A DNA stretch of 63,939 bases, the filler included, from Saprolegnia diclina VS20 (Eukaryota), in NCBI RefSeq assembly GCF_000281045.1. It is 10 parts of 3 records of this genome, joined end to end, with 100 filler letters (N's around TTAATTAATTAA, not from the genome) between each part and the next. Parts side by side here need not be neighbours in the genome. Positions count along the whole stretch, not along the records: positions 58,117 to 59,760 come from NW_008246158.1; positions 59,861 to 62,041 come from NW_008246158.1; positions 62,142 to 63,939 come from NW_008246158.1; 7 more parts are not named here. One strand, given 5' to 3'. The translations under genes and the position numbers were made by a program. The notes under the pieces were generated by a model. It was not told the origin of the DNA, did no database searches, and saw nothing but the letters and a program-made list of their open reading frames with translations. Below are positions 58,791 through 63,939 of this stretch, in pieces. Within the stretch, counting starts at the first letter, position 1. The number at the start of each line of letters is the position of its first letter.

Positions 58791-59688
58791 GCCGTCTCCA
58801 CCAAACTCGAGAAGCGTCGCAATAGCACACTGTGCGCCCAAGGTGCGATGCGGCGTGAAGCTTGGCCTCGAGGTACGCATCCGTGAGACCCGGCGCCGCG
58901 TGAAAAGGTCGTCGACGTGGTCGCGCACAATCTCATCGACTTTGGGCGCCTTCGATGCGGCGACGCGAGGTCGACACGAACCGATCCTTGAGGCGCGTCG
59001 ACTGGCTCACAATGGCATACTTGCGCGCGCCGTGCACGTCAAGCGGGTGGTGCGAGCTCGAGAAGGCGCGGAAAAAGCGCAAAAATCTCGAGCTCATGTG
59101 TCATGGGCAAACACGGAACCTAGTCAATCTGTGAGACCCGAGTAGCGCTAAAGACGTGTGCTACCTTGTGCCAAACGCGAGCGAGCGCAGCGCCGACGCC
59201 TTGGAGAACAAGGTAAGTGCCAAGCACGACGAGGACCATAGGCGCACGGCCACTGTAGGTGGCTGCTGAGGGCTGTAAGCTCTGCTCAATTGAAATCGAG
59301 TAGAGAGCATATCTGACGCGCCGCCGAGCAAGAGGTTCGCGCCAGCGGTCTCGGTGCTGGCTGTCGTGTGTAAGCCGTAAGACGTCAAACGTAAGGCGCT
59401 CGAGATGAGTGCCGCTTGCCTCTGCAATGAGAGATGATGAGCGCGCTCCGAACGCGACGCCGCGCGCGCAGCGCCCAATGCTACCGCGGCGGTTCTCGTC
59501 ATGGGTCAATATTATTGACCTATGTTCTCGTCTCGTCGCGGCGCCCATTTTGAAATGTATTGCCCATGCTATTGTGCGGTGACGAACCGTGGTCTGCTCT
59601 GCTCTCCAAAGTGACTTCTATCATTGTGCCAACTTTGAGCGATTCCATTCTAAACGTGATGTTGTCGGCAAGCGACGTCAGCGTCCTG

Positions 59689-59760
59689 GCGTGATGCCGC
59701 TAAGATGGCACTACGATCTTAGTTTGGAGTGCGTTGTGCCTCTCAGATGGCACTACGATC
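59689..59760. repeat. Start of a 42-bp tandem repeat at the contig edge
   Basis: gcgt..tgcc.ct.agatggcactacgatc occurs twice, 42 nt apart, ending at the N run. Confidence 0.55.
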
Positions 59761-59860
59761 NNNNNNNNNNNNNNNNNNNNNNNNNNNNNNNNNNNNNNNN
59801 NNNNTTAATTAATTAANNNNNNNNNNNNNNNNNNNNNNNNNNNNNNNNNNNNNNNNNNNN

Positions 59861-60158
59861 AACTCGACTGGAACGTGACGGCGTCATAGATGAAGATGGC
59901 TGGTAGCGCCGGCAACGCGGCGCGGGCCAGCTTCAACTCCTCACCGACGAGGAAGTCGGGAGCAATCTCCGGCCAGTGCTCCATGAACGTAAACGATGTC
60001 GTCGAAAGCTGTAGGAGCGCAGCTAGAGGCGCATCGAGTGACGGCATGGCCCGTAAGAAGGCGACGACGTCATGATGCGACTCCAAGCACTGGACGACGC
60101 AGAGGCGGACGTGGTCCAAGGCCAAGGCCGGCGATGGCACGAGGTGGAGGCGCTTCAT
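59861..60158 (-). CDS. N-terminus of a Saprolegniales F-box-like/LRR family protein, 3'-truncated
   Basis: MKRLHL...VVQCLESHHDVVAFLRAMPSLDAPLAALLQL...WP. Family assignment is from recollection only. Confidence 0.5.
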
Positions 60159-61439
60159 CGTCACCTGAATTTGTTGGAATGGCGTGACGCTCTTTATATT
60201 TTGATGTAGCATTTTCGATTCCCATACTAAAACATAGGTAAAAGTAGAAATATATGTAAATATATAGACTTGATAATTTTCGAGTGGATCGCACTTGACC
60301 CACTCCCGCACCTGAGTCCGATAAAGATCGTCGTCGCGGCTGCGTCGGCGGCGTCATGCAGCAGCAGCCACACCGCTTCTATCGAGCGTTCTCGGTCCTT
60401 TTGATACTGACCTTGCATTACCCTTTGGCGTGGCTCATCGCTTCGTCTGCCAAGGTCGAGGCGGCCTTGGCAAATGCCTCGGTCAGCTCCGTCAAGTGCT
60501 CTTCCAGCTTATGAATATATATGAACGTGTTTCGCGTTATCTTCATAATTACACAAAGACTTCGCATACGTAAGCTTATGAATATGGACCACAAATGCTT
60601 TCTACGCCATATCACTTGATCTTTCGTTGTGAGAGGAGGCAGCGACCTTGCCCTATTTCCATGCGACCCTTTATGGCCTCAACGTGGCGGCGTAAAGCTG
60701 CACCTTTTTCTCGGGCCGCTGACGTACGTAGTCAGAGTTGTCGTTGACAAAGCTGTCGACAACATCACCATCGTCGTCGTCGTTCTTGGCCTTGCGGCCG
60801 ACGGTCGCTGCGTGGTCGTCATTATTGGGTCGGCAAGCGCAGACGCATCCAGCGTCGCCCAGTCGGATGCCACCGCCGCGTTGAAGCCTAGCACTGCCGT
60901 GCTACAATGGCAGTGAGCGCTTGAGAGGATGGCGGCAGGCGGCGTGCGGAGCGACAAAGCCGTCTGCGTCTCGTCGCCATAGAGGCTGCGCTAGGGCGCC
61001 ACGGGCGCGACCTTGCCCGAGCTTCCTGGCGGCTACGGCGAGCCAGCGGATGGCTGGCTACCTATGGGGCGGCTCCGCTGGTTGAGATATCGGCGACAAA
61101 CATTGAGAAAGATGTTGATTCCGGATACAAGTTATCCGGTAATGCTGACGCAATGCGCGTCAAGGTGCGAGCACCTGGCGTTCGTCGCGTGTCGAGACTA
61201 TGCTTTGCAAATACCGGTACACGCTGGTCATCGAGCCTCTTCGCGCTCCTGGAGACAATTTGCTGCAACTCCATGACCTTTCGCCTCTTTACCAAGCGTA
61301 TGCGTGAGTGGATTTGCAGTAGAGGCGGCCTCGACGACGACGACGACGTCCTCTGCGGACGCGAGCCACGCCACGAGCCACGAGCTGTTGCTCATGGCGC
61401 AGGCAATCGACGCTGGTACGGTTGCGCGTAGACAGGCGC

Positions 61440-61600
61440 TGCCGCCGTCCGAGGCCCACCTGCGCCAGGTCACGGTGTAGCATGGTGCCGTTGATTGGCT
61501 TTGGCGTTGTCAACAACTCCATCTTGATCGTCGCCGACGACTACACTGACACAACGCTCGGCGTCTCGCTCGATCTCGACCATGGCCGCCGCCGGCATTC
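61440..61600 (+). pseudogene. TMEM65-like fragment
   Basis: MVPLIGFGVVNNSILIVADDYTDTTLGVSL followed, after a frameshift, by STMAAA. This resembles TMEM65 PFIGFGFLDNxIMIVAG...ISTMAAA. Flanks are disrupted. Confidence 0.6.
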
Positions 61601-62141
61601 TGCCATCGGCAATGCTCCAACGCTAGATCGTCAACCACACGGGCATATGCGATCGGCGAAAGCGTCTCCGTGAAGCAGTCGTAGACGCGCCATCCAAGTG
61701 CATCGGCAGGATTCCGCGTCGAACATAAGATGCTAGCGGGTCACCTCGTGTCCCTGCGACTTAGGTTCCCTACCGCGCTACAGCTCTTTTTACACTTGAT
61801 TTAGAGCGTGGAGCCACCTTGAAGTTGCTGCTTGACGAGATTGCTGTATTAACGTGGGAAAGGTGCAATGTAAGTGCTCCATTGTATATTAGCGTTGAGG
61901 ACTATGGAGGTAGAATGAACTGTGGTCGTTACCCGAACGCGCGAAGTTGACGCCATGGTCTGCGAGGGCCGTGGCCTTGATGGCTTTGTACTGTTTTGTG
62001 CTCATCTCGAACACTAGTTGAGCGGTGGTGTTAACGTGGTGNNNNNNNNNNNNNNNNNNNNNNNNNNNNNNNNNNNNNNNNNNNNTTAATTAATTAANNN
62101 NNNNNNNNNNNNNNNNNNNNNNNNNNNNNNNNNNNNNNNNN

Positions 62142-63683
62142 CCGCTACCGTCGAGTTCAGCCGCCCAAGCTGCCTACTACAACATTACGCCTTTGGATGC
62201 AACGTATCCCGTCCCAGCGGCGTTCCTCACCCCCGGTCTTCTAACCTTTGGGGGGTCGCCACTCTGCGCCGACTTTTCGACACCGCAGTCGCTTCAAGCC
62301 GGGCTACGCCAACTCATCTCGTATGGAGGTATTTGCATGTCCGCGTCCGGCGTCATCACCCGCATCACGCCGTCGCGGCAGCAGTACATCTTTGGCGCCG
62401 TCTTGGCTCGCCTTTCGCTCCACGACGACGACTATAGCAGCGTGTGCCGCCACGAGCCGACGTTTGCAACGCAGTGCAGCGTCTACCTGCCAACGACGCT
62501 CTGGTACATTGACCAGTTCATGCAGCTGCCGCCAACGATCGCGCGAGAGGCTGTGCAAATGCAGTCGCGCGTGCAAGCCATGGACATCTCGTTTCTCAAT
62601 TTCATCAAAACGAGCGCGATAGCGCCCTTGACGCTGCAGCGCGTCAACCTTCTCGACGCCACCGAATCGGACTTTGGCTTTTTCGCTTGGCTCTTTCTCT
62701 ACGACTGGGTGCTCGGAGTCCGCGAAGTCGTCTCTTTTCAAGGTGACAACGGGGTGCTGACGCTGCTCACCGACTCGCAGTCGCCGCTGTCCCAAGCCAC
62801 ACAGGCGTGGGAAGTCCCCGGCAACATTGCCCAGTATTTACACTCTGGCGTCTTGTACGTCACGGGTGTCATGATCGCGGTCGCATCGCTCGCGTTTGTT
62901 TACATTCTTGTCCTGCGAGGTCACTTTGAGGGCTGGAACATGCTCGAACTCGGCCGCGTCGGCGGCATTGTCTGGGTCGGCCGGCCGTTCTTGCTGCTTC
63001 GGAGTGTGACCGCCATGGTCGTCCTCTCGACGGCGACCTTGCAGTTGCAGTACTCGGGCTATATAAGTTACTTTACGACCATCCAAGATCCGTGGTACAA
63101 GACAGTATTGGCGGCGAATGAAGTCACGTGGCTGATTACGATCGTCAACGATGTCCTCTTGGTCATTACGGGCGAGTATGCCTACTACTACGTCTCGCTC
63201 AACAGCTACCTCGTGTGGGCAGTCGTCGCTCTTTTGACGCTTCTCTCACCTGTGACACCGACGACGTCCCTTGCGCTGACATGCCGTCTCACGCACGTCG
63301 ACTTGGACGCCGCGTGTACAGTAGGCGTGATTGACATTGGCAGCTTGCGCCGGATGCTGCTGCTTGTGGCGACTGTCCTTGTTTCGCACATCGCTTGCTA
63401 CGGCTTGGTCAAACTCCTTTTCCGAGCGTCGTCGGCGGCGCAGGCGCCGTCGCTCTTCCTCTCGTCGGGCGCCAAGTATCAATTTACCCACGAGCCGTGG
63501 AGGTACAATAATGTCTACTACGTCGACCGCGCGTCCGCAGCGCTCGATGGACTACTGACACTGCGTTGGAACACGAGCTTGGTCGTCCTCGACGTCAAAA
63601 TTTGGCGCGCGTTTGCGATTCCGATGAGCGCGACTATGGACGCGCCCGATGCCCTCGCGGCCGCCTTACCCCTTCTCGATTAG
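62142..63683 (+). CDS. Large multi-TM protein of an expanded Saprolegniales family, 5'-truncated
   Basis: Open from the contig edge. FAWLFLYDWVLGVREVVSFQGDNG, RVGGIVWVGRPFLLLRS, LAANEVTWL, DRASAALDGLL, LDVKIWR. Confidence 0.8.
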   Translation, partial: PLPSSSAAQAAYYNITPLDATYPVPAAFLTPGLLTFGGSPLCADFSTPQSLQAGLRQLISYGGICMSASGVITRITPSRQQYIFGAVLARLSLHDDDYSSVCRHEPTFATQCSVYLPTTLWYIDQFMQLPPTIAREAVQMQSRVQAMDISFLNFIKTSAIAPLTLQRVNLLDATESDFGFFAWLFLYDWVLGVREVVSFQGDNGVLTLLTDSQSPLSQATQAWEVPGNIAQYLHSGVLYVTGVMIAVASLAFVYILVLRGHFEGWNMLELGRVGGIVWVGRPFLLLRSVTAMVVLSTATLQLQYSGYISYFTTIQDPWYKTVLAANEVTWLITIVNDVLLVITGEYAYYYVSLNSYLVWAVVALLTLLSPVTPTTSLALTCRLTHVDLDAACTVGVIDIGSLRRMLLLVATVLVSHIACYGLVKLLFRASSAAQAPSLFLSSGAKYQFTHEPWRYNNVYYVDRASAALDGLLTLRWNTSLVVLDVKIWRAFAIPMSATMDAPDALAAALPLLD

Positions 63684-63939
63684 ACATTTTTTTTAATGTT
63701 AAAATGCAGAACTTCCAAACGTCAAGAAGAGGTTTTGCCGGCCAGAGACGCGACGAGTCAACAGTAGGTTAACTAGTCTTTTGGCTTGTAGCTTTTTCGA
63801 TCCTAACGGTGCATCGCGTCGCGAAACGTTGGGCGTTCTTAGAAATCGGGGTCGAAGTGCTGAACAACAGCGGTAGGTGGGTCGCCGCGTTGTCGATCTG
63901 TGATGGATAACCAAATCATCCACAAAGACAAATAATCTC

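Noticed and set aside
2159..62141. Recurring TTAATTAATTAA palindromes
   Set aside because: They are always embedded in N runs of fixed 100-nt length, so they are assembly linkers. Gene neighbourhoods across them are unreliable.

Overview
This is eukaryotic, GC-rich, gene-dense DNA with very short (~42-65 nt) GT-AG introns and oomycete-type INR/FPR and CCAAT promoter motifs. It most likely comes from a Saprolegniales water mould (Saprolegnia/Achlya-like); that taxon is inferred. The window is ten contigs joined by artificial 100-nt N-TTAATTAATTAA-N linkers, plus one 440-N scaffold gap. Recognisable genes are: a fused LeuC/LeuD-type aconitase-family dehydratase, EMC2, a Sen1/Upf1-like helicase, an EF-hand protein, enoyl-CoA hydratase, a PX protein, a PH-FYVE-PPEF phosphatase, a SPIRAL1-like protein, PI synthase, CFAP298, an acylated ankyrin protein, two class I HDACs, an RRM/RS protein and WDR18/IPI3. 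Also present are a chromoviral Ty3/Gypsy 3' end with its LTR, and decayed GCN1 (two copies) and TMEM65 fragments. The most interesting items are: (1) a head-to-head pair of ankyrin/Zn-ribbon/TRP-like channel genes with a near-identical tract; (2) an inverted HDAC paralog with altered active-site-rim loops; (3) the PH-FYVE-IQ-PPEF fusion; (4) an adenylyl-cyclase-like membrane protein with no visible catalytic domain; (5) a five-fold RxTFSK repeat in the ankyrin protein. Exon boundaries were read by eye and are approximate, and family calls rest on motif recognition, not database searches.
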